Assembly (NCBI GenBank): GCA_038087875.1
Contig: CM075995.1
Coordinates: 9,984,001 to 10,048,000, forward strand
DNA: 64,000 nucleotides
Reading direction: 5' to 3'
Source: Malacoraja senta
Taxonomy: Eukaryota
Shown: positions 14,221 through 26,863 of the stretch, piece by piece
Layout: each line of letters starts with the position of its first letter
Position numbering within the stretch: the first letter of the stretch is position 1
Notes under the pieces: generated by a model
Database searches by the model: none
Seen by the model: the letters and a program-made list of their open reading frames with translations, nothing else
What the model was told of the DNA's origin: nothing
Translations under genes and position numbers: made by a program

Positions 14221-15528
14221 CATTGATGTTGCTGTATGGGTATCGAGAGACTTGCCTCATTGATTCCACCTCATCTGGGAAGTGAATCATAAAACCACTG
14301 GTTTCTCGTACACTCTCTGGCTCACCAGTGAACTTCAAGTTATTCGGCTCTCCACATCTGGTCTGGTCTATATGTGACTGCAGACCCACATCATAACTGG
14401 TCAATAAACACCAGCCTTCACACTGCTGTTGATTGTCCTGGATGATACAAAGATGAAGCCATGGGCTGTTGTGGCACCATAGATGGTGTAACTGTGTATA
14501 TGGACAGTGGTGAACTGTGGTAACACTGTCTGCAAAGACCACTCCACAGGCCATTTCTGTTGCCTGACCCCTTTCCATCAAACTCACCCACTCCTTCCAA
14601 AACCAACCTCCCATGCATTTCAAATGCTCTATCAGGCAATCCCTCTTGTCCTTGCAATGGCAGTGTCTCATTCCCCGACCAGAACTAGGAGTAAATGTGG
14701 GTGCCATTCCTCACAGGAACGACCATCCCTCACAGGAGGAAATGTTAGACTGGATTAAACACTGGCTGTCTCACAGCAAACAGTGCTCAAATGAATGGGT
14801 CCTTTTCAGGCTGGAGAGATGTAAATAATGGGATATAAATATTTACATTAATGGTGGTGAGGGGGGGGGGGGGGTTGAAGGAAGAAGATGGGGGAGAAAC
14901 AAAATGCAAGGTTTTGAAGATGGGTGGAAGGGCATGTAATGATGAGAACATTGGTCATGCAACAGTATGTGGAGGCTCCACACACGTCAGAGGGCAACGC
15001 TGGATCTAGTATTGAAAAATTGGGACGGGCAAGTTAATGAGGTGTGTGTGGACTGGCCTTTTGGGACCAGTGACCACAATTCGATTAAGTTTAAGATAGT
15101 TATGGATAGGGACGGAGAGGGTCCACGTGTTAAAATGCTCAACTGGGGTAAGGCCAACTTTGAGGGTATGAGAGAAGGTCTCGGTCAAGTTAACTGGGGC
15201 AGGTTATCTGAGGGGAAAGAAACAACGGCCAAGTGGGATGTTTTAAAAAGTGTACAGAAGAAAGCTCAGGATGTGTACATCCTCGTTAGAGTGAAGAGCA
15301 AAGCAGGCAAATGTAAGGAAGCTTGGCAGACGAGGGAAATTGAGACATTAGTCAAAAACAAGAAGGATGCATAGGACAGGTATGGGCAGCTGGGATCAAG
15401 TGCATCCCTGGAGGAGTTTCGGGAACTAAGGAGTAAACTAAAAAAGGAAATCAGAAGGGCAAAAGGGGGCCAGGAGATAGCTCTGGCGGGTAGCATTATG
15501 GACAATCCCAAAAGATTTTATAAATACA

Positions 15529-18500
15529 GTAGACCAAGTGGGACCCATTGGGTCCCGTCCACTCAACGCGCGGTTGCGGGGGGCTGTGGCGTCACACACA
15601 CACTAACTACCCCCCCGCACACACTAACCATCCTTCATATTATATGAATATTATTCATTGGCTCCTTTTACCCCATCCCCGCCCTATCCACTGACGCATA
15701 GCCCCCAACTCGCAGGCGCGTCTAGAGAGGGAGGGGGGGTAGAGAGTGAGGGCAGAGAGGGGGCGGAGACAGCGACAGGTGCAGAGACAGAGGGAGAGAT
15801 GGGAGGGGAGAGGGGGCAGGAGAGGGAGGGGGAGAGAGGAGGGGGGGTAGGGGAGAGAGAGGAGGAGGGGAGCGCGGCAGCAGCTCGCGGGGGGGTGGCA
15901 GCAGCCGCTCGGGGGCGGCAGCAGCTCGCGGCCCAGGGGCAGCTCGGGGGGGGGGGGGCGCAGAGGCAGCAGCTCGCAGGGGGGGGGCGTCACTCGGAGC
16001 GCAGACGCAGCACGCAGAGCCATTGTGACGTCATCAGCCGAAGCTGCTGGGTTTCTATTTTCAAAGACATATCAGATTTGTGAACATTTTCATAAATAAC
16101 TCAAGAAATAAAGCATGGATTTTTCAGATAATTTGGGGCTCCACGGGATAAAACTCTACAGGAATATCTAAAAAAAATCCCGTCCGCGTGTCGTTTTTTC
16201 AAGTAGATGTGATCACACACAAACAAACAAATAAATATATACACACACACACACACACACAATCAGAGTTTTACAGTTATACTAGACCGTGCAGACCCGT
16301 TGTGTCTGGACACCGAACGTGCGTTTGCGGGTGGGGGGGGGGGGTGCTATGGCGTCACAGTAACCACCCCCTTTGCTCCAAAGCACGGTTGCGGGGTGGG
16401 AATCTGGCACCCACGAACACACACTCATAACAACCCTTGATATTATCTTAATTTTTTAATTTGCTTCTTTTATCCCATCTCCACCCTATCCACTGACCAA
16501 TAGCCCTCACCTCTCAGGTGCGTCTAGAGGGGGGGGGGCAGAGAGTGAAAATTTAATGTTAGAATTTAAAAAAATTGAAGAGGGGGAGGAGGAGGGTGGA
16601 GAGGAAGGGGGAGAGAGGAAGGGGTGCGAGGAAGGGGGATAGAGAGGAGGGTGTGGAGAGAGTAAGGAGAGGATGTTGGAGATAGGTGAAGGGGGGTGTT
16701 TTGAGCTGGTGTTCATGAGTTAAGCTGCGGGCTGTGAAGAGAGAAGGGCAGAGAGAGAGAGAGGGGAGAGACAGAGAGACTGGTACACCCAAAAAAAGTG
16801 GTGAAATTCAGCGGGTGCAGCAGCATCTATGGAGCGAAGGAAATAGGCAATGTTTGTGGGCTGCGACATCACACTCACACTAACCACCCCCCAAACTCAC
16901 ACTAACCACCCCCAAACACACTCGGGGGGGGGGGGGGGGGATGGGGTGAGGGGGGTAGAGGAAGACGGGGTGGGGAGAGAAGAGGGGAGAGGAAGAAGGG
17001 GTGGGGAGAGAAGAGGAGAGGGGGAGGGAGGGTGGACAGGAAGGGGGAGAGAGGAAAGAGATGATGGGGGAGAGAGGTGAAGGGGGGGGGTTGGAGCGTG
17101 CGTGCATGAGTCGAGCCGCGGGCTGTGAAGAGAGAAGGGCAGAGGGAGAGAGGGGAGAGACTGGTACACAAAAAAAAAGCTTGAGAAACACAGCGGGTGC
17201 AGCAGCATCTATTGAGTGAAGGAAATAGGCAACGCTTTGGGCCGAAGCCCATCCTCAGACTGGTTTTCTACCGAAACGTTGCCTATTTCCTTCGATCCAT
17301 AGATGCTGCTGCACCCGCTGATGATATACAGGTTTTTTTTGTGTACCTTCGATTTTCCAGCATCTGCAGTAACCACCCCCAACACACACTTGGGGGGAGG
17401 GGGGAGAGAAGAGGGGAGAGGGAGACGGGGTGGGGAGAGAAGAGGACAGGGGGAGGGAGGGAGGGGAGAGGGGGAAGAGGAAAGGGGAGAGATTGGGGAG
17501 GGAGAGGAGATCAGGGTGGGTGAGAGGGAGGGGGAGGAGAGTTTGGAGTGGGAGGAGAGCGGGGAGGGCAGGAAGGGGGGAGGGGAAGGGGGAAGAGAGG
17601 GAGGGGGAGGGAGAGAGGTGGGAACAGTGGGGAGTGAGGGGCAGAGGGGTAGCAGGGAGTGGTGCAAGTGAGGTGAAGGGGGTGGGTGGGAGATGGGGGT
17701 GAATAGGGGTGGTGAAGGGGGAGGGGAGGGAGGGGTAGAGGAGAGTGGGGAGGGAGAGTTGAAGTAGGAGGGGTAGGGACAGTCCATCTGTTTCCCATTC
17801 CCTATCACCCCCAATCCTCTTTCTCTATTGCCACACACGTGACGACGCCCTTCGACACGGGCTGCGGGGGTGGGGGGGAGGGGCTGGGGCAGGGGCTGCT
17901 GCAAAGGCATATGTAAATTGGTCCATTTCGATTGGACATCTTTGAGCATTGGGCATTGTGACATCACAAAACGGAACCTTCATTTACATTCTATTGCTGA
18001 GAGCTGTTTTTTTAAAACATTTTGAAATTTCCCCATTCCCTATCACCCCCACACACGTGGCGACGCCCTTCGACACAAGCTGCGGGGTTTGGGGGGGAGG
18101 GGCTGGGGCTGCTGCAAAGGCATATGTAAACGGATTCATTCCGATTTGTCACACGTGTCGCAGGGCGTCGCCACGTGTGTGGGGGTGATAGGGAATGGGG
18201 ACATTTCAAAATGTTTAAAAAAACAGCTCAGCCGTAGAATGTTAGTAAAGATTCCGTTTTGTGATGTCACAATGCCCAACGCTGCGGGGGTTGGGAGGGG
18301 GCTGGGGCTGGGGCCGCCGCAAAGGCATATGTAAATGGATCCATTCCGATTGGACATCTGTGACCATTGTGCATTGTGACATCACACAACGGAATCTTTA
18401 CTAACATTCTACGGCTGAGCTGTTTTTAAACATTTTGAAATGTTTGGTTTGGGGGGGGGGAGAGGTATTTTATTTTAAAAAGCATACATAAACACGACCA

Positions 18501-18652
18501 AATTTAATCAGGATCGTCTATTCGTAAAGATAAACGTAACCTCTTTAGAAACGGCCGCGGGTCGGTATCAAAGGCGGCACAGGTCAAGCAGAACGTTGGA
18601 CGTACATACGTACAGACGTACGACAGCCAGAGAGTTTTATATAATAGATAGA
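15529..18652 (-). mobile_element. Non-autonomous Helitron-like element (outer)
   Basis: Inserted between host A15528 and T18653 of the CR1 without a TSD. - strand starts TC; subterminal hairpin GGGACCC-AAT-GGGTCCC; 3' end CTAC (one mismatch to CTAG). Confidence 0.75.
16282..18648 (-). mobile_element. Non-autonomous Helitron-like element (inner, nested)
   Basis: 3' CTAG at 16282-16285 with hairpin CAGACAC-AAC-GGGTCTG; 5' end TCTATTATATAAAACTCT; flanked by A|T. Confidence 0.75.
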
Positions 18653-18789
18653 TAAGGATAAGAGGGGGGGGGGGGGAAGAAAGGGTAACTAAAGAGAGAG
18701 AGAGTGGGACCTCTCAGGAATCAAAGCTAGTCACCTCTGTGTGGAGCCACAGATGGGCAAGGTACAAAATGAGTATTTCTCTGTATTTA

Positions 18790-19470
18790 CATAGATACAT
18801 AGACAATAGGTGCAGGAGTAGGCCATTCAGCTGTTCGAGCCAGCACCGCCATTCAGTGTGATCATGGCTGATCATCTACAATCAGTACCCCATTCCTGCC
18901 TGCTCCCCATACCCCCTTGATTCCGCTGGCCCTAAGAGCTCTATCTAACTCTCTTTTGAATGTATGCAGTGAATCTGGCTCCACTGCCTTCTGAGGCAGA
19001 AAATTCCATAAATTCACAACTCGGTGTGAAAAAGTTTTTCCTCATCTGTTTTAAATGGCCTACCCCTTATTCTTAAACTGCGGCCCCTGGTTCTGGACTA
19101 CCCCAACATCGGGAACATGTTTCCTGCATCCACCGTATATGTTTCTATAAGATACCCTCTCATCCTTCTAAATTCTAGTGAATACAAGCCCAGTCTCTCC
19201 ATTCTTTCATCATATGACTGTCCCATGATCCCGGGAATTAACTTTGTGAACCTACGCTGCACTCCCTCAATAGCAAGAATGTCCTTCCTTAAATTAGGAG
19301 ATCAAAACTGCACGAAGTTACTGTACTCCAGGTGCATTCTCACCAGGGCACTGTACAATTGCAGAAGGAGCTCTTTGCTCTCCTCTCGTTATGAAGGCCA
19401 ACATGCCATTATCTTCTTCACTGCCTGTTGTACCTGCATGCTTACTTTCATTGACTGATGTATAAGGACA
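18790..19470 (-). mobile_element. CR1 3' fragment, antisense
   Basis: Reverse complement of the CR1 ORF2 C-terminus and 3' UTR with a microsatellite tail. Confidence 0.85.
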
Positions 19471-21289
19471 GGTAGACACAAAATGCTGGAGCAACTCAGA
19501 CCGAGGAGAAAGACAATAGAACGGAGGAAATTGTAGCAGTCACTGGAAGTCTTGAGAGCAGTCAGGGTCACTGTCGAAGAAGCACTGAAGGTACTGCCGT
19601 GCTTGAAGGTAGACAAATCTCCAGGTATATCCTGATCAGATATATCCTAGGACATTGCGGAAGCCCTGGTTGAAGTTTACGAATCGTCCTTAAATACAGG
19701 AGAGCTGCCGGAGGGTGGCAAATGTGCCTCGTTTCAAGAAGGTGCAGGGAAAATGCTGGGAACTATAGGCCGGTGAGCTTAACATCTGTAGTTGGTAGGT
19801 TACTGGAGAGTATTCTGAGGGATAGGTTATGTAGACATTTGGATGGCTGATTAGGGATAGTCAGCGTAGTTTTGTACGTGGGAGGTCGTGTCTCGCAAGT
19901 GTGATTGATCTTTTTGAAGACGTGACCAAAAAGGTTGATGAGGGCAGAGCTGTAGGTGTTGTGTACATGGACTTCAGTAAGGCATTCAACAAGGTTCGGC
20001 ATGGTAGGCTGCTCTGGAAGGTTAGATCGCATGGGATCCAAGGAGAGATAGCTGAATGGATAGTCAATATTGCTCCATGGAAGGAAGCAGAGGGTGATGG
20101 TGGAAGGTTGCTTCTCGGACTGGAGGCCTGTGACTAGTGGTGTGCGTCAGGGTTCAGTGCTGGGCCCGTTACTGTTTGTCAGCTACATTAATGATTTGGA
20201 TGAGAACATACAGGGCAAGATTAGCACGTTTGCTGATGATACAAAAGTTAGTGGTTTTGCAGACAGTGAAGATGGTTGTGAACGATTGCAGCAGGATCTG
20301 GATTGATTGGCCAGGTGGGCGTAGGAATAGTTGATGGAATTTAATACAGAAAAGTATGAGGTGTTACATTTTGGGACGTCGAACAAGGGCAGGACCTACA
20401 CAGTGAATGGTAGTGTTGTAGAGAAGAGGGATCTAGGAGTACAGGTGCATGGTTCCTTGAAGGTCGAGTCGCAGGTAGATAAGGTGGTCAAAAGGCTTTT
20501 AGCACTTTGGCCTTCATCAGTCAGAGTATTGAGTATAGAAGTTGGGAGGTCATGTTGCAGTTGTATAAGACGTTGGTGAGACTGCATTTAGAATATTGTG
20601 TTCAGTTTTGGGCGCCATGTTATGGGAACGATATTGTTAAGCTTGAAAGGGTTCAGAAAAGATTTACAAGGATGTTGCCAGGACTAGAGGGTTTGAGCTA
20701 TAGGGAGAGGTTGAGTAGGCTGGGTCTCTATTCCATGGAGCGCAGAAGGATGAAGGGTGATCTTATAGAGGTGTACAAAATCATGAGAGGAATAGATCGG
20801 GTAGATGCACAGTCTCTTGCCCAGAGTAGGGGGATTGAGGAACAGAAGACATAGGTTCAAGGTGAAGGGGAAAAGATTTAATAGGAATCCGAGGGGTAAC
20901 CTTTTCATACAAAGGGTGGTGGGTGTATGGAACAAGCTGCCAGAGGAGGTAGTTGAGGCGGGGACTATCCCATCATTTAAGAAACAGTTACTTGGATAGG
21001 ACAGGTTTGGAAGGATATGGACCAAGCGCAGGCAAGTTGGACAGGTGTCGCTGGGACATTGTTGGTCGGTGTGGGCGTGTTGGGCCGAAGAGCCTGTTTC
21101 CACACTATCACTCTGACTCGATAATATAGGTCGGTTGAACGATTGAGTGAAAACCTAACAAAGGATTCAATGTGGGAAAGTGAGATGTCACGGACTTCGG
21201 CAGGGAGAATTAAAAGGCAGAATCTTATCTGTAAGGAGAGAGACTGCAGTGAGTGAAGTTTTGAAGAAGTTCTTGGTGTTCTAGTGTTT

Positions 21290-21581
21290 TTTAGTTTAGG
21301 TTAGAGATGTAGCAGGGAAACAGGCCCTTCGGCACACTGAGTCCACGCCGACCACGATCTCCACAAACTAACACTCCTACACACAATAGGGACAATTTAC
21401 AATTTTACCGAAGCCAATTAACCTACAAACCTGTACGTCTTTGGAATGTGGGAGGAAACTGGAGCACATGGAGGACACCCCATGCACGTCATGGAGAGAA
21501 CGTACAGACTCTGTACAGGCAGTACCCATGGTCAGGATGGAACCTGGGTCTCTGGGTAAGGCAGTGACTCCTGCTGCACCA
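21290..21581 (-). mobile_element. V-SINE (HE1-like), cut by the gap
   Basis: Reverse complement of the SINE at 35177-35468. Confidence 0.8.
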
Positions 21582-21781
21582 NNNNNNNNNNNNNNNNNNN
21601 NNNNNNNNNNNNNNNNNNNNNNNNNNNNNNNNNNNNNNNNNNNNNNNNNNNNNNNNNNNNNNNNNNNNNNNNNNNNNNNNNNNNNNNNNNNNNNNNNNNN
21701 NNNNNNNNNNNNNNNNNNNNNNNNNNNNNNNNNNNNNNNNNNNNNNNNNNNNNNNNNNNNNNNNNNNNNNNNNNNNNNNNN
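21582..21781. other. Assembly gap (200 N)
   Basis: Run of exactly 200 N. Confidence 1.
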
Positions 21782-24340
21782 CACTCATATGGGGAGCGAG
21801 AATTGGTGGAGCAAATTATGTAAGGAGATTGCAGATATCAGTAGTAAGCACAAGGTAGTGATTGTGGGAGATTTTCAATTTTCCACACATACACTGGGAA
21901 ACACATTCTGTAAATGGGCTGGATGGGTTGGAGTTTGTAAGATGTGTGCAGGATAGTTTTTTGCAGCAATACATAGAAGTACCTACTAGAGAAGGGGCGG
22001 TGCTGGACCTCCTGTTAGGAAATGAGACGGGTCAGGTGGCAGAGGTATGCGTTGGGGAACAGTTCGGGACCAGTGATCACGATACCATTAGTTTCAATAT
22101 AATTATGGAGAGGGTCAGAACTGGACCTAGGGTTGAGATTTTTGATTGGAGAAAGGCTAACTTTGAGGAGATGCGAAAGGATTTAAAAGGAGTAAATTGG
22201 GACAGTTTGTTTTATGGGAAAGATGTGGAAGAGAAATGGAGGACATTTAAAGGTGAAATTTAAGAGTACAGAATCTTTATGTCCCTGTTCGGTTGAAAGG
22301 AAATAGTAAAAATTGGAAAGAGCCATGGTTTTCAAGGGAAATTGGACACTTAGTTCGGAAAAAGAGAGAGATCTACAATAATTATAGGCAGGCATGGAGT
22401 AAATGAGGTGCTTGAGGAGTATAAAAAATGTAAAAAGTGTCTTAAGAAAGAAATTAGAAAAGCTAAAAGAAGATATGAGGTTGCTTTGGCAAGTAAGGTG
22501 AAAGTAAATCCAAAGGGTTTCTACAGCTATATTAATAGCAAAAGGATAACGAGGGATAAAATTGATCCATTAGAGAGTCAGAGTGGACAGCTATCTGCAG
22601 AGCTAAAAGAGATGGGGGAGATATTGAACAATTTCTTTTCTTCGGTATTCACCAAGGAGAAGGATATTGAATTATGTGAGGTAAGGGAAACAGAGTAGCT
22701 ATGGAAACTACGAGATTCAAAGAAGAGGAAGTACTGACACTTTTGAGAAATATAAAAGTGGATAAGTCTCCAGGTCCAGACAGGATATTCCCTAGGACAT
22801 TGAGGGAAGTTAGTGTAGAAATAGCAGGGGCTATGACAGAAATATTTCAAATGTCATTGGAAACGGCAATAGTGCCGGAGGATTGGCGTACTGCGCATGT
22901 TGTTCCATTGTTTAAAAAGGGGTCTAAGAGTAAACCTAGCAATTATAGACCTGTTAGTTTGACGTCAGTGGTGGGCAAATTAATGGAAAGGATACTTAGA
23001 GATAATATATATAAGCATCTGGATAAACAGGGGCTGATTAGGAACAGTCAACATGGATTTGTGCCTGGAAGGTCATGTTTGACTAATCTTCTTGAATTTT
23101 TTGAAGAGGTTACTCGGGAAATTGATGAGGGTAAAGCCGTGGATGTTGTATATATGGACTTCAGTAAGGCCTTTGACAAGGTTCCTCACGGAAGGTTGGT
23201 TAAGAAGGTTCAATGGTTGGGTATTAATGGTGGAGTAGCAAGATGGATTCAACAGTGGCTGAATGGGAGATGCCAGAGAGTAATGGTGGATGGTTGTTTG
23301 TCAGGTTGGAGGCCAGTGACTAGTGGGGTGCCACAGGGATCTGTGTTGGGTCCACTGTTGTTTGTCATGTACATCAATGATCTGGATGATGGTGTGGTAA
23401 ATTGGATTAGTAAGTATGCAGATGATACTAAGATAGGTGGGGCTGTGGATAATGAAGTAGATTTTCAAAGTCTACAGAGAGATTTATGCCGGTTGGAAGA
23501 GTGGGCTCAAAGATGGCAGATGAAGTTTAATGCTGATAAGTGTGAGGTGCTACATCTTGGCAGACAAATCAAAATAGGAGTAAATGGTAAATGGTAGGGA
23601 ATTGAAGAATGCAGGTGAACAGAGGGATCTTGGAATAACTGTGCACAGTTCCCTGAAAGTGGAATCTCATGTAGATAGGGTGGTAAAGAAAGCTTTTGGT
23701 GTGCTGGCTTTTATAAATCAGAGCATTGAGTATAGAAGTTGGGATGTAATGTTAAAATTGTACAAGGCATTGGTGAGGCCAATTCTGGAGTATGGTGTAC
23801 AATTTTGGTCGCCTAATTATAGGAAGGATGTTAACAAAATAGAGAGAGTACAGAGGAGATTTACTAGAATGTTGCCTGGGTTTCAGCAACTAAGTTACAG
23901 AGAAAGGTTGAACAAGTTAGGGCTTTATTCTTTGGAGCGCAGAAGGTTAAGGGGGGACTTGATAGAGGTCTTTAAAATGAAGAGAGGGATAGACAGAGTT
24001 GACGTGGATAAGCTTTCCCCACTGAGAGTAGGGAAGATTCAAACAAGGGGACATGACTTGAGAATTAAGGGACAGAAGTTTAGGGGTAACATGAGGGGGA
24101 ACTTCTTTACTCAGAGAGTGGTGGCTGTGTGGAATGAGCTTCCAGTGAAGGTGGTGGAGGCAGGGTTCGTTTTTATCATTTAAAAATAAATTGGATAGTT
24201 ATATGGACGGGAAAGGAATGGAGGGTTATGGTCTGAGCGCAGGTATATGGGACTAGGGGAGAATACGTGTTCGGCACGGACTAGAAGGGTCGAGATGGCC
24301 TGTTTCCGTGCTGTAATTGTTATATGGTTATATGGTATAT
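21782..24340 (+). mobile_element. CR1 LINE ORF2 (endonuclease end, RT, 3' UTR), relatively young
   Basis: Long ORF pieces with [26 protein letters not shown]; few disablements; (TATATGGT)-like tail. Confidence 0.95.
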
Positions 24341-24582
24341 ATTTATTACTTGAAATAAAGTCTATTTTGGTCAGCACTGGAAAGCCCTGGTCTGGTCAGT
24401 ATAGGTCAGTCTGTACAGGTCAGCTGTTGACACGTCTGGTCAGTACAGGTCAGCTCTAGTTCTCACTGGTCAGTACAGGTCAGCCCTGGTCATCAGGTCA
24501 TCTCTGGGGACAACTCTGGCCAGCACTGGTTGTCAGTGGTTGGCTGTGGGGAGCACGAGCCGTGCATGACCTGTGCACTCAC

Positions 24583-24719
24583 CCTGTGCCTGAGTTTGGC
24601 CGCTCCTCACTGACCGTCCCGTCCCCGCTCCCGGCTCGTTCAGGGCGGCAGCCCCTGTATGGTGGGAGGAAGCTGAGTCAGCAGAGCCAAACGGCTGCCC
24701 CCCCCCTCCCTCCCCACAG
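24583..24719 (-). CDS. SCRIB: Probable SCRIB C-terminal exon (apparent 1-nt frameshift)
   Basis: ccccag acceptor and GG|gtgagt donor; phase-2 start fits the preceding exon; a shifted frame ends EERPNSGTG, like recalled teleost Scrib EQRPNSMTG. Confidence 0.6.
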
Positions 24720-25294
24720 CTGGGGATGGGGTCACGGTGGGCGGTGAACAGAAGGTGGGGAGGGGGTGAGTGTCCCGAAGGGGGAGAGAGAGAGACAGAA
24801 AACTGCAGCAAATGTGGTGCAAGGAACAAAGTAGGGGAACACAGCAGGTCAGGCAGCATCTGTGGTGGGAATTGACTGACGATGTTTCTTCACATTGATA
24901 CAGGCGGGCGGAGAAAGAGAGGTGGGGGCAGGACAAAACACGGCAAGTGACAGGTGGATACAGTGAGGTGGGGGATCGGCAGATGGGTGGAATAAATGAC
25001 AACGGCTGGAGGTGAAATGGAGACAAAAGGGTGAGATAAGGAGTGATGAGGAGGAGAGAAATGTAAAGCTGGAGGGAGGGACGTGAGTGGAGGGGAGGGG
25101 AAAGGGAGGGAAAAGGTAAAATGGGCGACTCGGGGATGGTAGATGAGAGTGCAGGGCAGGGTGACTGGGGGGAGGTGAAGGTAGATGTGTGCACATTGCA
25201 GTGGGAGGGGAAACAGCACATGCATTAGACCCAGAGTGAATCTGCCTCCACTGTCCTGTCAGTCAAATACAGGCTCAGCATCGGGCACACAGGA

Positions 25295-25940
25295 CACGTG
25301 GAGCAGCGGGGACACATGGAGAAGGGGGGACACATGTGGAGTGGGGGGGTCACACATGGAGAGGGGGACACACACGTGGCGTGGGGGGGACACACATGGA
25401 GAGGGGGACACACGTGGCGTGGGGGGGCACACGTGGAGTGAGGGACACACGTGGACCGGGGGGGCACACGTTGAGTGGGGGGACACAGACGCGTGTGGAG
25501 GAGACACGCACGTGGAGTGGGGGGGACACACTGAAGTGGGGGCACACACACGTGGAGTGGGGGGATACACGTGCAGTGGGGGACACACACGTGGCGTGGG
25601 GGGACATACACGTGAAGTGGGGGGGACACACACGTGGAGTGGAGGGGACACACGTGGAATGGGGGGCACACACATGGAATGGGGGCACACACGTGAAGTG
25701 GGGGGACACACACGTGAAGTGGGGGGACACACACGTGGAGTGGGGGGGACACACACGTGGAGTGGGGGGGACACACGTGGAATGGGGAGCACACACATGG
25801 AATGGGGGCACACACGTGAAGTGGGGGGGACAACGTGAAGTGGGGGGACACACACGTGGAGTGGGGGGACACACACGTGGAGTGGGGGGAGCACGTGGAG
25901 TGGCGGGACACACACGTGGAGTTGGGGGGACACACGTGGT
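25295..25940. repeat. About 20-bp G-rich minisatellite (CACACGTGGAGTGGGGGGGA)
   Basis: Visible tandem array. Confidence 0.95.
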
Positions 25941-26004
25941 GTCATGGGTCACGCGGCATGTGACAGAACACGCGACATACACGGGTGTACAGGAACACAC
26001 GTAC

Positions 26005-26176
26005 CCGGTGGGCGGGGAATCCCGGAAGCTGTGGTCCACACGCTCGATCTTGTACTCGACGCCTTCGATCACCACCGTGCCCTGAACACTCAGCTCGGCC
26101 GCCCTCCTCTCCTCCTCCTCCTCATCCTCCTCCTCCTGCAGCACCACCCCCGGCGCACCATGCCTCATCTTCCACT
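26005..26176 (-). CDS. SCRIB: SCRIB C-terminal exon (acidic run and GVEYKIE motif)
   Basis: gacag|(E)WKMRHGAPGVVLQEEEDEEEEERRAAELSVQGTVVIEGVEYKIERVDHSFRDSPPT-GG|gtacgt; 172 nt, phase 1-2. Confidence 0.85.
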
Positions 26177-26588
26177 CTGTCCGTGACATGGGACACACAC
26201 TCAGTACCCACGCACACCCGTAGGCAAGGCCCCCCCCACCCACAGGGGCTTCAGGGTCCGTGACACGGGCTCAGTACCCAGCGGGAGTGGGGGAGGGGAG
26301 AGAGTAGGCGAGTGGGGAGTTGGGGGAGGGGAGAGTGGGGGAGAGGAGAGTGGGGGAGGGGAGGGGAGAGTGGGGGAGGGGAGGCGATAGTGTGGGAGGG
26401 GAGAGTGGGGAGTGGTGGAGGGGAGGGAGAGTGGGGTGGGGGAGAGTGGGAAGTGGGGGAGGGGAGAGTGGGGAGAGGGAGAGGGGAGAATTGGGGGAGG
26501 GGATGAGGCAAGGGGAGAGGAGGGTGTGTGTGAGGGGAGGGGTATGAAGACGGGACAGTTTGTGGGTAGAGTGGGGGTCCAGACTCAC

Positions 26589-26744
26589 CCTCCTCCTCCC
26601 TCATCTTCCTCAAGTCGTCCTCGGCGACGAGGGAGACTCGCTTGGGCCTGTCGGTGGCCAGTGGCCTCACCTCCATCTCAAAGTATTGCTGCCGCTCGCG
26701 GAACGACTGCTGCTCCGGACTGTTGGGCCTCCAGGGGAACAGGG
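26589..26744 (-). CDS. SCRIB: SCRIB C-terminal conserved exon (apparent 1-nt deletion near its start)
   Basis: NSPEQQSFRERQQYFEMEVRPLATDRPKRVSLVAEDDLRKMREEE-G|gtgagt matches the Scribble SFRERQKYFE...KRVSLV motif. Confidence 0.93.
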
Positions 26745-26779
26745 CTGCCAGAGAGACCGGGGAGGGTCAGAGACGCAGC

Positions 26780-26863
26780 ACGTACACGGTCAGACACGCA
26801 CGGACACGGTCAGACACGCACGGACTCACGTACACATTCAGACACGCACGGTCACACGTACAC
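26780..26863. repeat. Short piece of the CACGTACACGGTCAGACACGCACGGA satellite
   Basis: Same unit as 29959-30900. Confidence 0.85.

Larger units (their letters stand above)
14960..21120 (+). mobile_element. CR1 LINE ORF2, decayed, interrupted by Helitron-like elements and an antisense CR1
   Basis: Endonuclease end (LDLVL...SDHNSI) at 15.0 kb; RT motifs (YMDFSKAF, QGSVLGP, FADDTK) at 19.9-20.3 kb; 3' end near 21.1 kb. Confidence 0.85.

Noticed and set aside
25185..26085. Several ORFs over 200 aa on both strands
   Set aside because: Minisatellite translation; only 26005-26176 has splice signals and Scribble similarity
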